From: Haplodiscus bocki
Taxonomy: Eukaryota
NCBI GenBank assembly: GCA_965655095.1
Contig: OZ296648.1
Span: 37,138,001 to 37,202,000, forward strand
Direction: 5' to 3'
DNA: 64,000 nucleotides
Shown here: positions 51,464 through 64,000 of the stretch, piece after piece
Layout of the letters: each line of letters opens with the position of its first letter
Position numbering within the stretch: the stretch's first letter is position 1
Position numbers and translations under genes: made by a program
Notes under the pieces: generated by a model
Databases searched by the model: none
Told to the model about the DNA's origin: nothing
Seen by the model: the letters and a program-made list of their open reading frames with translations, nothing else

Positions 51464-51843
51464 GCAAAGCTAGGCTTCGCAACAATTCCGCCAACGCAAA
51501 ACTAGTGAAAAAATCGAACAAGTCTTACTGATTTTGAAGGGGACACGGCACTAAGAAAACTAATGATTAAACAATTATACAGAAATTTAATTAACTCAGT
51601 TAATTCATATAGTTTATTTGTTGTAAATGTAACAAATGCCAACGGCTATAGGAGTTAATTCAATTTATATTTAATTAAAACAAGCGGGCAGGCTGGAAAT
51701 CAGGCAACGTGAACAAATTTTTGCAAGAACGTGAGAGCGCATGAACAAAAGCTAGGCAACACTAAAATGTAGGCACAAACGCGAAAAAAGCACGGATCGG
51801 AAAAAAACTGTGATGTAACACTTGCTTGGGCAAGTGTAACTAG
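51464..51843 (+). repeat. Hairpin-ended interspersed repeat family C, copy 2
   Basis: Same blocks as copy 1; ends ACACTTGCTTGGGCAAGTGTAACTAG. Confidence 0.8.
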
Positions 51844-53099
51844 GTGAACTCCTGAGTTAAAGCAAGCGCTTTGACAACTCAAAATTTCGAAAACTAGAAG
51901 GTTTTGAAAAGAAGCACCAAGAAGAAAAGTTTCTTCTATTTTCGATAAAATTACAAACGTCTCTGTTCCATTAACATCGGAAAAGTCAAAAAGTTTCAGA
52001 TCACCAATTTTGGAAGCTTTTAGCTATTTCTGCACTTGCAATTTTCAATGACTAAATGGATGAATAATCTAGATTAATAGGGCTGAAAAATTTTACAATC
52101 CACTCGAAGCTATGATGATTAAATTTGATCCCCATTTCGATTTCTTTGACTCGTTCTTTCACGTGATATCTCGTTGTCCATGCATTACAATTTCAAAATC
52201 TGAACCATTGAAAAAGGCGAAAGAACACAGTACACACCGTTTTACAGCTTTGAATCGCTGCTAAATTTTCGGATTTTACAAATTCCCCAGATTTGAAATC
52301 CAAAAAAGAAGAACTTTTCATAGCTGAATGTTGATAAGTTTGACTTCAATTCAGAAACGTAAACTTTTCAGGACTTCATTTTCCAGAAAACTGTAAAATT
52401 CAATGATTTTAGGGAAATATTCAAAGCAACGAAATTGTATCTGAACGTATTTCAGTATCTTTTATAATTCATGACCTTACCTTTTCGAAAAAAGCTCAAG
52501 TTTGGCCAAAAACAGCCTAAATCGGAGTAGCCAGGATGCTTTAAGCAATGCATAGAGTTCCATAGAAAAAGCAGAACTAATTATTTTTGAAAAAAATCAT
52601 TTTTTCCACTTTCTGGTTAACAAAATTTGTTTCGAGAAAATGACCAACAAAGTTGTTTATTTTTGGCCCCGGCGTTCACTTAATTAAAAATATGAGCTAA
52701 CAAATTTCAAATTTGCTACTTCGGAACTGAAAATATTGAAGAACTCAATTTGAAATCATTTTTCGTGGTGAAGAAACTTCATCTTTGTTATTTTCCGTCC
52801 AGAAATTCTTTAGAAAAATATTCAATTCAGTAGGAGTTTTTTCATTGAAACTGCCCATGACGCGCAGAATTCGTATCTGCAGAGTCGTTGGAGACTTGCA
52901 TAATACATATGTCGGATGGCACAGCGGTTAGGTAACCCACAGGTAGGGTGTGCCAATCCCGCTATCGACTAAAAATTTTACGCCTTTTCAGATACTCCTT
53001 AACCGGTTCTTAATTTTTAAAAGCAAAAAATTCGGGTTTTTTCAACGGAAGATTTTTTTGGCAATGATGACAAAAGCTCGATGACAAAAGCAAAGATTG

Positions 53100-55330
53100 G
53101 GAGTCAGAAGTTCCTCTTTGTCGGACTGATCAGCGACATGAGAAGTTTGCTTTTTTCTCAAAAATTACTGCTTTCACGACAAACTGAAACAAAATTGCAA
53201 TGTTTTTCCAAAAATACGTCTCCAGCATCATATCGTTCAGTCATATCGACATTGAGATCATGCCAAAAAACCCGATTAGTAATCGAATTCCTCAATTTTG
53301 AAACTAATTTGTCTGCAATATTAAATGTTTGTATCTCTGAGCTAGGTCTCAATCTGATGCTCTCCACTCATGAAAACTTTTATAGGAAAAGTATCGATTT
53401 TGTCCCTTGAATCAGAATTCTGTCAGTCATAAAACTATAGAAAGTGCTATTCATAATTTTTATCGATATTCAAACAATTATAAGCTTGTTTTTTTTCCAT
53501 CAAAGCCCCAAGCAAAAGCCTGACATTTGTAGACAATGATTCGATTGAAAACAAAAATATTTCTGATCCTTCCATCACAATCTCGATAATCAGAAGTTCG
53601 AAAAATGTTTAATTAGTCTCGATATTCAAACTCACATTTCTCAATAACAAAAGGTTATGATTTCTCCAACCAAGGTTTCTATCGAAAAGTTTCCTCTTGC
53701 GGAGGAAGACTTCATAAACAAATCTTTCGTTTTGATCCATGCACCAGATTCGTGAAAGTCCAAATATTTCAAAAAAGTGATATTTATTTTGATTTCGCTC
53801 GATATTCTAACTTTAATTTCTCAGCTACTACAATTTCAAATTCCTCCATCAAGATTTCAATCGAAAAGACAGCACTTATAGACGAGTATTCAACCAAAAA
53901 AGCCTGATAGTCCGAAAAATCCACAGAAAACCATTCAATCTCAAATTTTCTCGATACTCAAACTCACATTTCCCCGAGACTACAAGCTTCATATCTTCCA
54001 CCAGGGTCGGCATAGAAAACATTCCACTAGTAGACAACTTGTCGATGAGAGAATTGTCAATTTCTGTTCCTTGCTTAAGAGTTTTGACTTAATATTCAAT
54101 ATTCATTTCGCTCAATATTCAAAGATGTAATCCTCGGCCACTACAAGTTCGAATTCTTCAATCAAAAACTCAATCTAAATTATAACATTCGTAGAGGAGT
54201 ATTCAGGTAAATAACCGTTTTGTTCGTTGCATCAGAACCTTGATAGAAACTTCCAGAAAAAACCTTTTGATCACTTTTCTCGACATTTAAACTCAGCCTC
54301 ATTTGTCACCCATAACTACAGGCCTTAATTCTGCTATCAAGGTGTCAATCCACAGCTGCTCAGTTCTAGAAACATTGTCCATAGAAATATTGTCAATTTT
54401 ATTCTTTGCATTGGAATACTGACAGCCCGATATTCCAAATATTGCTATTTATAATGTTTCATCTCGATAGTGAAACTCTTAACTCGCCGTAGCAAGAGGC
54501 TTGGTATTTTCTATCTTGCTCACTACCGAAAGCTTCAAACTTGTGCAGGAAACTCGATTGACAAAACAAATAAATGATATTTTCCTCTCAGTAGAATCTT
54601 GACAGTCCGAAAATTCCAAACTATGCTTTCATTTTCGATTTATCTCGGCATTCAAAGTCATCTATGTCCGCAGCTACAGGCTACATCTCTTCCGCCCAGG
54701 TTGCGATGGAAAGGTTTCTGCTTGTGAGGAACATTAGTGGTAATAACTATCATTTCCGGTCCTTGCGAGTGATTTCTGATAGTCCAAAAATGCCAAGAAG
54801 TATTCTTCAATAAAGAGTTCTGGATTTTCTAACCCGGGTTTCCCCATAACTACTAACTTGATGTCATGCTTCAAAGTCTCAATCTAATGCTTCGTACTTG
54901 AGTTCGATTATTCGATAAAGAAATCATTGAACTTGTACCCTTCTGTGGAATCTTGATGGACCAGAAATGCCAGAAGGTATTCAAACTTATACTTCTTCAA
55001 CTCTAAGTATTTTATTCTTGTTTTCATCAGGGTGTCAATCGATAGCTTTACAGTTGAAGCGGATTGTTCGTTTTTAAATATCTTAAAGTTTGATCTCTAG
55101 ATCGGAATTGGAATCCTCATTAGCCAGAGTGGCAAAAATGCTTTTAATTAGACATTTCTCGAAATTCCAACTCCTCCTTCTCCAAAACTACAGCTTTGAA
55201 TTCTAGTAGCAAGTTCTGAATTGACGCTTTCATAGTACTACATGACTCTTACACTGAATAATCTCTGGTTTAATTCCTTATATCGGCTTGAATTCTTCCA
55301 TCAAGATCTCCATCGACAACTTTTTTCTCT
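53100..55330 (+). repeat. Degenerate ~170-bp tandem repeat (family B), ~13 units
   Basis: TCTCGATATTCAAAC...CTACAAG...CAAGGTGTCAATCGA-like motifs recurring near 53340, 53500, 53671, 53850, 54002, 54165, 54338, 54520, 54697, 54872, 55028 and 55210. Confidence 0.7.
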
Positions 55331-57223
55331 CATAAATGCGTTTCTTTTTTGAAATCAATTGTTGTATATTCACTCTATCATTTCTGCGCCGCTTTGATGG
55401 AAGCCATCGCAGTGCACCTGCGCCTCCTGTTTTTTTTTAAAAAAAGTCCAATTAATTCAAAAAACAAGGTCAAAAGAATAATTCGCACTTTTCATCCGCA
55501 CTTTCTCTTATGACGAAAGTTTGTTACTTCCGAGAAAAATAAAGTGTGCAAAGGCAGTTAAAATAAAGTTTCTGGAAAGTATAAGAATTCACATTTACAC
55601 ACCATTCACGATGAAATTCACATCCAAGATGTCAATTTTCCAAAAATTCGTTTCAAGGTTTGAATAAAATACGAAAAAAGCAGGGGTGTAATTAAAACAA
55701 TGGTAGTGATGTCAGATAAGTTTGTAATATTTTGTATCACCTGGTAATATTCACGTAACTAAAGTGGCACGCTTTCGCTTTTAGAATATTCTGCTAATCA
55801 CACCCGTTGGTGAAATGAATGTGGGGTGAAAAAAGCTTGAGGTGAAATGATACCTAACCCAGGAAAGCAAAAAAACATTAATTTTCTCCGGAGACAAAAA
55901 AACATTTCAGCGAAGAAAATTTCAAATTGAAACAAGTTGAAAAATAGCCTCGTCAGTGATTTGGAACATGTTTTTATTTCTTCATTTCAAAGTCAGAATC
56001 ATCGGTCGAATGAACATACAGTAGTATGATCACCTTATAAATTTCACTTTCAAAAACTATGCTCCAAAAAATGATTTAATAAATATGTGGTCATTCTACT
56101 GTTCTTCTCAATTCATTCTTTGATCAGATCAAACTTTCTACTGTATGTGATCTTCAAATGATATCTGTAGAATGCGGCTGAGATTGTAAGATTTCTCATA
56201 CGAACTAAATTTTTTTTTGAAAAAATTGATCGAATTTTTGAAAGAAAACTTAAATTTTTCAAAATCGTTAAAGGTGGCAAATTTGCTGTAGAATGCGTAT
56301 CAAGTTATCTATTTTTTTTAGAAATGTCTCCCTTCCACCCAAACTGACGTTTAAAAAAATCAAAAGCTTTCAGTCTTGGAAAAGTTGAGAAATTTGATGA
56401 AAATTTTCGTCCAAAAATAACGGCTTTATTCTTTTAAAAACCATCTTTAACACATTCTGACTTGACAGTCGAGATCAAAAATAAACAGTAGACATCAACG
56501 ATCCTGGAAAAAAAACTCTTGAAACCATATCGTATACATGATACACTTTTATAATTACTACACCGTCTCCAAAACAAAATTGGTTCGAAGAAGTCGAATT
56601 GAGAAAAATATACTTGTCATAGTGTCTCATAGTCAAATATATGACCTGTCAATCATGTTTGTTTAAGTTATACCATTTTACAGCCCGCTGCTCAAGTGAT
56701 TCGCTAAGTAAACGACGCAAGAATGAACCACAATTCACTGACCTAACTGACTCCAAACATCAACAAGATGGCCGGCTACCACCCGCATAATTTCCGCCCT
56801 CCAAGTCTGTTCAAGATTTCTTTTGAAAGATGAAAGCGTTCTTTTCAAAAACCATTCTTCGTCAAATTTTCTAAATTTTCGAAATTTAAAACTCCTTTTT
56901 CCAAAATATCCAATTTTTTTCGAAGAACTTCTAATTTCTTACGTATTTGAGCTGGTCTATTATTTCAGTCGCTTTTTACGACATATTTGCGATAATATGG
57001 CCATGAAACACATTCAAATTCGGAATCGTCTGGACATTCGGAAAATTTCAATTGCCATGTAAACGCGAAAGAAACACATACGTTGAGTGGATGATTTTCC
57101 TTAGACATTACTAATATGGGCGGAAAGTAATATTTAGCAAGAAATAAACGAACATGGCCGAAACTATGGAACGCTAACCCGCTTTAAATTAACAAAGTAT
57201 CTAAAGTTCATAATTTAACACAA

Positions 57224-57460
57224 GCGAAGCTGGGTTTCGCATCACTTGCACCCACGAAAAACTGAACTAATCGAAGAAGTATAACTGATTTTGAACGGGC
57301 TAGGTACTACAAACTAATGTTAAACAAATAAACAGAAATTCACTTAACTCAGTAAAATCTGATAAATTTATATACCAGTGAAACAAGTTCGAACAACTGC
57401 AGCAGTTAATTGGTGTTATATTTATTGAAACAAGCGCGCAGGCTGAAAAACAGGCCACGT
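57224..57460 (+). repeat. Family C repeat, copy 3, 3'-truncated or interrupted
   Basis: Matches copies 1 and 2 up to CAGGCTGAAAAACAGGCCACGT, then similarity stops abruptly. Confidence 0.7.
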
Positions 57461-58254
57461 CTCATAAAGTCTAATTTAGCTTCATATACTGTTGACTTCT
57501 TGATTTGCCGCAAAACTGAGAAGACGTCAATAATATAATAGCAACTGATGTTGATGTTACCAATGTCAATAATATACTAAATTGCGGATACACCAGTAAC
57601 TCGCCTGACGGCTCCTTACTAATGTACCCGACAATATAGCCGCTCGCCCGTTCGCTTTGCTCACTCGCCTCTCGCTTATATTATTGTTCAGCTCTTCGAG
57701 CTCCGCCTTTTTCGACTAGCTTCTACGAACCTCGTGGGATTCTCGACTGACGTCTCGCATAACAGATATACAATCATTTACCCGTGACTTTCCACCACAT
57801 AAAATCATGCTCGAACTAAGCATAAATGCATGAAATCGTGTAAAAATAATTCCACATTTATGTGAACATAGAATTACCAAAAATTTTGCACGTGCACTTT
57901 TTACGTTGAAGCGAAACTGAAAAAGTCTTCATTACCACATACCAATGATGTATATATATTCTAGTTTTTCTCCCTGTATTTTGCCTCCGCTTGTTGAATG
58001 GTACGTGAATGATATTGATAAAAGTTAAGGCATAGCCGCAGTGTTTGGGGTTCGCTGCTTCATACGTATCCCCAGTCGTTGTCATACACTACCTGTGATT
58101 CTCCGAAGGAACTGTCTTGCCATAACTTGGTATAGAGGGGGAACTGTCACCAGTGATGCAGCTGTGGCTAGGATGGTACACTGAGCAAGTTCGGTTTTAG
58201 TAAAAATTTTTCAACCTCGCATCTATTATAATCCTCGACAAAATTAACAGACCT

Positions 58255-58540
58255 TAAACATGTAGAGATTATACAATTTTAACCCAGCTTGACGTGTGAT
58301 ATGTCATTCGATAACCTATTAAAAAATTAGTTTACCCTGAAAATTTCAACTTTGTATCTATCACCATCTTCGAGAAAACCCAAAAAATCCAATTAACAAC
58401 TTTTTTCCGTAGATAATTAGCTTAAGCATGTAGAGATTACAACGAAGTGTGATACATCATTCGATAGATCAATAAAAGACTAGCTTACCGTGAAATTTTG
58501 AACCCTATATCTAATACCATTTTCGAAGAAACAAAAAATA
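58255..58540 (+). repeat. Two diverged ~120-135 bp direct repeats
   Basis: TTAA(A/G)CATGTAGAGATTA...GTGTGATA...TCATTCGATA...TAG(T/C)TTACC..GAAA..TATCTA..ACCAT.TTCGA at ~58255 and ~58422. Confidence 0.7.
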
Positions 58541-58681
58541 TTTGTACAAGTAGACGAATAATTATATTACTATAATATTCGTACAAGTATAAGAATAACT
58601 ATATCATTACTCATATTCGAATACGTGTTAATATCTGGTTTCATTCACAATATTTGTACAAGAATAAGTGTTGTTATACTT

Positions 58682-59161
58682 GTCAACGTTGTGGATTATT
58701 ATAAAAATACCATTTACGACATGCAAAATCAAAAGGATTATTTAAAATATTACAATGTGTTTCTAAATATTCAGGATTTTGAGATGGTTTTCTGAGAAAG
58801 AGACGATGCATAATTGGTATCGATGTCTTAGATAATATTGTATATTTATATTTGATAGATTACTATAAATTTTTATTGTTAGTTTATTTATTTGATTAAA
58901 TATAAAACCATTTTCTCGAGCAATTGTTAACTTTTTATTTAATTCATACAAACTCATGTTTGTTATATTAATTATTTCATTATTAGTAATATTTGTAAAT
59001 TTAATATCATATACACATATATGACCAAATGTATGGAAATATTTATTATGACAATCTCTAATACAATCATCGATTATAGAATCTATCTTTTGAATGAGTG
59101 GTTTATCAAATTCATATTCTTTAACAATGGTTAACTGATTTTAGTTCATTATACCATTCAT
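58682..59161 (-). pseudogene. Degraded ORF of Polinton-like element 2 (MNGIMN*NQLTIVKEYEFDKPLIQKIDSIIDDCIRDCHNKYFH...)
   Basis: Nearly open frame from ATG 59161 into track ORF 58763..58957; one stop and frameshifts. Confidence 0.55.
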
Positions 59162-59200
59162 TTATTAAAGAAAATTCTTTTCAATAAAACATAACAAAAA

Positions 59201-59647
59201 TTGAACTACTATTTAGATATTCAAATGGGAGCGTGGACTAATCTTATGATAGAGTCACAATCTCCTAGATATTGTTATTCTACAGAAGATTATAACGAGA
59301 AACGAAACGATTACACAAACATAATTGAGAAAAAAGTAATTCCTGATTGGTTTTATTTACCTTATTGTGATGAATGTGAAAAATATATAGAGTTTGTAAA
59401 TAATATACGATCTAATCATCGCTCACATAGACCTTTAGTTACATGTAACTATTGTTTAAAAGATTTCAAAACGTTTAATAAGAGACAATTAGGATATTCA
59501 TCTTGTTGTCGCCTAAATGAACGTAAAATAAAAACATACACTTTTGAGAAATTAGGAAAACTAGCTAATGTATATAATATAAAAAGAAGAAGAACAGATT
59601 ACATAATAGATGATTTAGTACAAAAAGTTGAAAATTATATTTTATAA
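59201..59647 (+). CDS. 148-aa hypothetical protein with CxxC pairs (possible zinc ribbon)
   Basis: Open 148 codons in very AT-rich DNA; YCDECEK, TCNYC and SCC; converges on the pPolB 3' end. Confidence 0.6.
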   Translation: MNYYLDIQMGAWTNLMIESQSPRYCYSTEDYNEKRNDYTNIIEKKVIPDWFYLPYCDECEKYIEFVNNIRSNHRSHRPLVTCNYCLKDFKTFNKRQLGYSSCCRLNERKIKTYTFEKLGKLANVYNIKRRRTDYIIDDLVQKVENYIL

Positions 59648-62600
59648 TAATGAAGCATTGACCAAATTCGTTAAGTGGGTGTTTTTTTAATTCGTTTAAA
59701 CTAGCTTCGAATTCTTTATTTTCGTAAACTTGATTATTATTTGTTGTACATAATATTCCATTTTTACATTCATTACAATGTCTCATTTTTGATGGTATTA
59801 ACGATGCCATTATTAAATGATTTTTTTTCCACGATCTTGGTAGCATAGCTGTTATTTTTTTACCTTCTAACATATCAAAATATGGAGATCGATCTAATAA
59901 TCGTTTACTATCATTAAATCCCTTAAAAGTCATATGTTGTTGAATGATTCCGTATTCACCTATAGTTAAAATGTATTTTAATTTAGGAGCTAAGAATAAA
60001 CCATAAAAGATACCACCTGTTTTCTAATCATTTTTACCTTGGCATAAATTTTTACCTACTAACTTTGCTTTATCTAACACATCCCAATATTTTTTCTCTA
60101 TTTTCAAACTATCCGTGTCTCCATCGTATAAACTATTATTATAAAATCCGGTGATTTCTCTGACAAAATTATTCATAATTCGCTTACTATTACTTAAAAA
60201 AGAACCTAAATGACTTGGTAATGTAATTTTCACGTCGTTATCACCATCTAAACCGTCGTCTTTATTTAATTTTACTATATAATTACCGTTCGGTAATTTC
60301 GAATAATCTAGCACATTCTCATCGTATTCTGATTCCATCCAATGTTGTGATTTACATTTATAAGATTGATCAATGTCTTTGCGTACCTGAACTCCATACA
60401 AACTGTTCATGATTAATTTAACTAATCCTTGCATTGAATTGTCTGTGTATTTTTGTCTCAAAGCAAACAATTTTTCTATGACTTTTCTAAATGGAGATAA
60501 TCTAAAGTTTTCTCGATAAAAACTCCTTCGTGAATTTCAATTGCGTTTCCTCCGATTTTAACAATTTCTTGAAAGTCAACTGATGTTAACGTGTCAATGA
60601 TATATCCATTGCTCGTACGATTAACTTCTATGTTTTTCTATTTTTCTTTAACTGGTAGATGTTGAAATATAAGATTAGGAGCATTGTAAAATTTTATTCG
60701 TAATATAGCAGATTCATCACCACCATCGTTAAAGTTTGATTGTTGAATGCGTCTACAAAAGTTTTATTCATATGTGGTTCAAAAGCAAACCCTGTTTCTA
60801 CTTTAGGATATACTGAATTTTCATCCCACATAGCAGAAGGATATAACGAAGAAATCCATCATAAAATCATTAAGATTTAGTTTTCGTAATTTTTTGTGTG
60901 TTGGTAGTTTATTAAGTTCTTTGTTAAAATGTTCGGCTTTTTCTTCTTCATCGTTATCGCGATAGTCATCAAATTGTGAATCATATTCGTCTTCTATTAT
61001 TTTTTTTTATTGTATACTCAAAATATTTATCTAAAATCTCGCATATGTTACCATCAACACCTAATTCTTGTGACATTATATTAACTACTTAATCTGATAT
61101 GTTTGCTTTATAATATTGATTGTAACTTCCACATCTACCGCCTTTCATGCTTTGTCTTACAAAATGTCTCATAAATTCATCGTTATAAGTGTAGATTGGT
61201 TTGTCATTTTCGTCTCTTAAACTATTAAAATATTTATTTGCAAGAGACGGTAAAGTTGAATTATTCTTCATCCCAAATCCTGTTAATTCTTCCATTCGTT
61301 TTGAATATCTAGCATAACTTAAAGCTGTCGATAACACATCGTTTTCAAGATAAGGCAACCATTCATTTTCTTTTGCTTCCCATGTATCTTCGAAAATTTC
61401 ATCGTGTTCTAATTCTTTTTAAAGTAAACTTCCTTGTAATTTATATCTTCCTATTTTTTGAAGGAATCTTCAATATGCAATAAACCACATCTGAAATGAA
61501 CATATTGAGGTATTTTTTAAGTGGGTCTACATAACCGTTGAATATTTTGAGAGATACAATACTTGATCCGTTTTTAATCAAACTAACAGCAGTTCTCCAT
61601 TGAGGTAGATTGTTTATTACAATATAACTATCAAAACCACTTCCTTTGTGTGCCATTAAGTATAAATTATATTTAACAAATTTGTTATTAATTCTTTTAC
61701 GTTCTCCTTTGAATTGTAAAACATAGTCTAACATTTCGTTAATATTATCTAACCCTTTAAAAACAAAACAATCATTTAAACACTTTTGATATTCTTTCTC
61801 TGATATATCTCGGTTGTATTTACCTGAAATTTTACTTAATCTATATATACAATCAGAATAAGGTACACATTTGATAGTATTAAAAATTTCTATATCATAA
61901 ACAACCATGTTAGTTAATTGAGATTGAACTTTTTTAGGTTTGTATTCATAATTAATAAAACTTTTAACATGTTTATCAGATATAACACTATCAACAACTT
62001 TGAAGTTATCTTTTAATTCTTCTATTGCTTTGTCAAAACTAATACCATCTGATTTCCAACTTAAACAGAAACGGTTTTCGTGTATATTTATTGCTGTATT
62101 TCTTTCTGTAAAACTTCCAGGATATACTCTATAACCATCATAGTAACCTATATTGATATGTTTTCTACAGAATAGTTTAATTCTAGCAGATGTCATTACG
62201 TTCGATCTTCTTTGTTCAGTTCGAATAAAAGTTGAAAATTCTTGTGTATATTCTTTTTTAGTAAAACAATTAATACACTTTTATAAAACAATTACCACTT
62301 GTAGGAATACAACAATTGTTGCCTATATATTCAACAATATTTTGTTTGAAATCTGTACCTCTAGCAAATTGAGATCGGTTTACTTTTTTAAATTCAGGTG
62401 TGTTTAATTTATACAAACATCCTGTCAAAATAATATCGTCACTATCGTAACCACTAATATCTATAACGTTAATATAAGTTTCGAAATCATCAACATTTTT
62501 GAACCTAATATTTGTTTTTTGTTCTATTTCACCAACCAACATAGATTCAATCAATTCAAAATAACCTGTACAATCTTCTAAAATTTCATATTAAATTTCA

Positions 62601-62733
62601 TGTAAATTTAATCCGTTAACATGTTTTCTTTTAGTTGTTGCTAATTCAAAAAATCTACCTAAATCAATATCTTCTTCTATATTTTCTCTTTTCTGTTTTC
62701 TTTCAATTTGTTTTATTTCTTTATTTGATTCAT
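59640..62733 (-). pseudogene. Protein-primed family B DNA polymerase, near full-length, multiply frameshifted
   Basis: Exo I VVYDIE, Exo II AHKGSGFD, Exo III YLENDV, KGGRC, motif A SSLYPSAM (~60830-60855), motif B KLIMNSLYG, motif C DGDTDS, FLAPKLKY. Confidence 0.92.
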
Positions 62734-63030
62734 TTTGTTATGTAAATAAAGTTCTTCTTTTACTCCATATTGTTTTTTCTTTTGTAATTTTGTTGTCTTT
62801 TTTGGTTTTTGCAATTGATGATTAAACTTTTTACAATCTTCTTTTTTTCAAATTTTTTCATTTTGTCTTTTATGTTATTTAGTATTTGATATTATTTCTT
62901 ATTTTACCTTTTTTTAGTTCATACCTACATCGTTTTTCAGCTAATCGAGTTTTGTTCATTACACCGTTCATTTATAAGGAATGAATTTATTCAAATAAAA
63001 ATTCCTTTTCAATAAAAACATATTAACCAA

Positions 63031-63305
63031 ATGGACACTAAAACGTGTACAATGTGTAATATTGACAAACATAACAAAAAACTTAACAAAAATTATCCAG
63101 AATGCATAGACAGTAATCGTGCAAGAGGATTAAAACGTTACTATGAAAATAAAGATGAAATATCAAATCAACAAAAAATTTATTATAAAAAAATAGAGAA
63201 AAAATATTAATACAGAATCAAAACAATAGATGTATACAATTTAGAGATTTAGTTATATCTTATGCTGAATTAGAAAAAATCTTAAAAGCGTTGGAAAAAT
63301 ATTGA
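63031..63305 (+). pseudogene. Small zinc-finger/coiled-coil protein, frameshifted
   Basis: MDTKTCTMCNIDK...PECIDSNRARGLKRYYENKDEI. Confidence 0.5.
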
Positions 63306-63311
63306 AAACAA

Positions 63312-64000
63312 TTGACTCAGAAAAACTTTAAAATATTTGTAAACGAAGTTCATAGCAAAGGACCGAAACAGAATTATAACACAAACAAAACAGATGTTTA
63401 TCATATCGATGATGTTTGGAGTCTAGATATTTTAGACTTGAAAGACTACGGTCCTGAAAACAATGGAGGATATAGATATGTTTTAGTTCTAATTGACAAT
63501 TTCATTGAATTTGGTCGGACAGTACCTCTCAAAAATAAAAATCCTCCAACAATAAAAGACTCTTTCGAAAATATTTTGATAAGTTCAAAAAGAAAACAAA
63601 ATTTAATCGAAAGTGATCGTGGTAAGGAAGTTTATAACAATATTTTTCAAGACTTCCTAAATAAAAATAATATCAAAAATTATTCCAGAAATACTTCTAT
63701 AGGAGCTGTTTTTGCCGAAGGCTTAAACCGTACTATTAGAGACCTACTTAAAAAAACCTGTTTCTGAAGAAGGTGACGGTAATTGGGTTGACGTATTGCC
63801 CACAATAACAAAACAATATAATAATAGAAAACATTCATTGACTAAGTTGACGCCGATTCAAGCTAGTTTAAAAAAGAACGAAAGTTATGTTTAAAAAAAC
63901 TTATCAAACGTAAAACAAAACCAAAATTTCAAGTAAACGATTTGGTTCGAGTTGCAGATTTAAAGAAAACGTTTTCAAAAGGTGATACAAGTAATTGGTC
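63312..64000 (+). pseudogene. rve integrase of Polinton-like element 2 (runs off window)
   Basis: VWSLDILDL, YRYVLVLIDNF, IESDRGKE and VFAEGLNRTIR; after a frameshift NWVDVLPTITKQYNN and KPKFQVNDLVRVAD..FSKG. Confidence 0.92.

Larger units (their letters stand above)
58600..64000. mobile_element. Second, AT-rich Polinton-like element (partial; left end not defined, continues past window)
   Basis: Degenerate pPolB and rve integrase plus small Cys-rich ORFs; markedly more AT-rich than Polinton 1 and with a different gene arrangement. Confidence 0.85.

Overview
Eukaryotic (metazoan-like, AT-rich, spliceosomal-intron) genomic DNA. The window is organised around the 3' part of a VAC14 gene on the minus strand: exons at 51187-51386, 47361-47541, 47084-47282 and 46469-46718, plus an inferred terminal exon at 8292-8523 that ends in ESDV. 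The inferred ~38-kb last intron contains a precisely bounded Maverick/Polinton (14802-46174; AGTAGT termini, ~78-bp TIRs, 6-bp TSD CACAGT). This element is a dead, internally deleted copy with remnants of a C2H2-finger pPolB, major and minor capsid, core-like protein, a PHD-finger-fused integrase and a packaging ATPase. Inside it, a ~1662-bp segment carrying a small HD-motif (PLA2-like) ORF has been amplified into 14 head-to-tail copies (22629-45893). A second, unrelated AT-rich Polinton-like element (pPolB, integrase, small Zn-finger genes, duplicated divergent-promoter cassettes) runs from ~57.5-58.6 kb off the right edge, probably in another VAC14 intron. Also present are an unidentified spliced gene at the left end, MITEs, hairpin-ended repeats, a degenerate ~170-bp satellite, microsatellites and a 130-N assembly gap. 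All family assignments are by eye from motifs; no database search was run.
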